Below are positions 62,482 to 64,000 of a stretch of DNA of 64,000 nt, in pieces (within the stretch, counting starts at the first letter, position 1; the number at the start of each line of letters is the position of its first letter). A program made the position numbers and the translations under genes. Under the pieces are notes generated by a model, which saw only the letters and a program-made list of their open reading frames with translations, was not told the DNA's origin and made no database searches. Source of the stretch: Guillardia theta CCMP2712 (lineage: Eukaryota; Protista; Cryptophyta); assembly GCF_000315625.1 (NCBI RefSeq), contig NW_005434628.1:425310-489309 (forward strand), written 5' to 3'.

Positions 62482-64000
62482 AGGATCCCTTTATCTGAGG
62501 CAGGAGGATCCCTTTATCTGAGGCATGTAGGATCCCTTTATCTGAGGCATGAGAGGATCCCTTTATCTGAGGCATGCAGGATCCCTTTATCTGAGGCATG
62601 CAGGATCCCTTTATCTGAGGCATGCAGATCAGCGGGGTCCCTGCGTGGTAGAGCAAGAGTCGCCAGGAACGCAGGAAGCTCGGGAAACCATCGAGAATGC
62701 TTCGAAACATGTGGCCAATATCTATTGTGAACCCTGACGAGATCGTGCAGTACCGTACCTCCAGCTACCTCAAGAGGCAGACGGAAGCTGCCACGATGCC
62801 GTCATCAGCCGAACTGATGCGGAGACTGGATGAATTCGCAAGGCAGAACCCCAAAAGCAGGACGAGCAAAGCTCTGAAAGCCAAAGAAATATCCTTGGAA
62901 GCCTTAGCCGAAGCCATCAGTCAGACATGCAGCTTTGCTGAACCCTCGTCACTGGAGAATCCGAAAGGGCTCAGGCAGTGGGGTGACGATGTCAGGCAGT
63001 GGTACCTGTCAGAGTTCCAAGCTGACAGACAAAGGCAGATGGAGGCCAGATCATATGATGACCAGGGCACAAGTGTGCAGACGATTACCATGAAGGTACT
63101 TGGGATCCCTGCATACTTTTCCAGACAGGTGGAAAACTTATGCCTCAAGCTTGAAGAGCAAGGCTTGATCGTCGATCAGACGCAAGACAGCAGGAGCCTG
63201 ATCTTCAAGGCTCCCTTGAAGCCTGACCTTGTGCAGGCAGCGGAGATCCCAGCAGTGATCACATTTGTCCGCAATGAGGCGGCTGAGAAACTCTGGAAAG
63301 GAGAAGGTACCTTCAAGGTGGCAGGCAGGAGGATCCTAGCAGTGAACCCAGCAGCCAACCCACCGATCTCGTTCAAGATGCGGCCAAAGAAGGAGAACAT
63401 GGGCAGAGTTGGAATCCTAGCTGAGGTGGCCCAACTCCTGATGCTCAACGATTCGAGCACAGGTGACATATGTGAGATCTACAGGCAGCTATGCCTGAAG
63501 CAGGGATTAGCGATCATTGATCTGATCCCAAACGCGGGAATGACAGTGAACCTCCCCCCCAAGAGGAACCTACCGCCAAAGAAGGTGTTCGCTGCGGTAG
63601 GAATAGAAACAGTCAACCAGAACAGAGAGGTCGACTGGATCGCAACGTGCTCGAGCCTTGAAGCAGCGGACATCGTTCTTCAAGCATTCGATCGACATGG
63701 AAAGGATCGTGCAGGAGTCACTTTGGGACTGGTCTCAGAGAATGACAAAATACTGAAATGGTTCTCAGTGCAGATGGAAGCAACGGCGCTGCACAAGAAT
63801 ATGAAGAATGCGGTGCGACAAGAGGGCACGGCAATGGCAACGGGAGCAGAGATGCTGTACTCGGTACAAATCTCCTCTCCTGTGCCGTCAGGGAAGTTCT
63901 CCCGAAATGAGATTGAAAAAATCTGCGCAAGTGATGAAACGGGCAGAGCAAAAGTCATCCGAAAGCGAGTTCGGAGGGGCTGTCGGCCTTGCTTTTGTAT
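62482..64000 (+). mobile_element. Telomere-associated element copy C (diverged subfamily), runs off the window
   Basis: 6 x ~24-nt AGGATCCCTTTATCTGAGGCATGC, then uORF MQISGVPAW*. An open frame from 62652 is homologous to copy B (LAEAISQTC, LEEQGLIVD, KAPLKP, AEIPAVITFVRNEAAEKLWKG, REVDWI, SGKFSRNEIEKIC). Confidence 0.85.

Noticed and set aside
58842-62625. 20-24-nt repeat arrays as CRISPR arrays or as coding ORFs (58824-59326 minus, 59628-59816 minus)
   Set aside because: They are head-to-tail repeats without spacers, and the ORFs are by-products of stop-free repeat units.

Overview
Eukaryotic, intron-rich nuclear DNA from a draft scaffold with five N-gaps. It most likely comes from an alga with a secondary red plastid (cryptophyte-like): one gene has an ASA-F bipartite plastid presequence, the introns are short, and the telomeric repeat is TTTAGGG. 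The host genes are an M6P-receptor/ATG27-like protein, a tandem CCCH zinc-finger protein, BMS1, a small thylakoid-type plastid protein, POP7/Rpp20, a RING-H2 protein, a membrane protein, a histidine phosphatase, a GCN2 kinase and an FMR1/FXR-like RNA-binding protein. The window also holds a young Ty1/copia LTR retrotransposon, a 137-bp hairpin satellite and recurrent hyper-GC islands. From 58.8 kb it appears to reach a chromosome end built as a head-to-tail array of related cassettes: (TTTAGGG)n, then an element-specific 20-24-nt tandem repeat, a short uORF and an RRM-like ORF1. The one complete cassette ends in AATAAA/(ATA)n and (TTTAGGG)n and encodes no reverse transcriptase. This telomere-embedded, HeT-A-like but SART-oriented array is the best candidate for an undescribed system. 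Next in interest are the FMRP-like gene, the GCN2 with an apparently intact N-terminal kinase, and the copia element whose inner LTR ends read CG instead of TG/CA. All family calls come from motif recognition by eye; no database searches were run.
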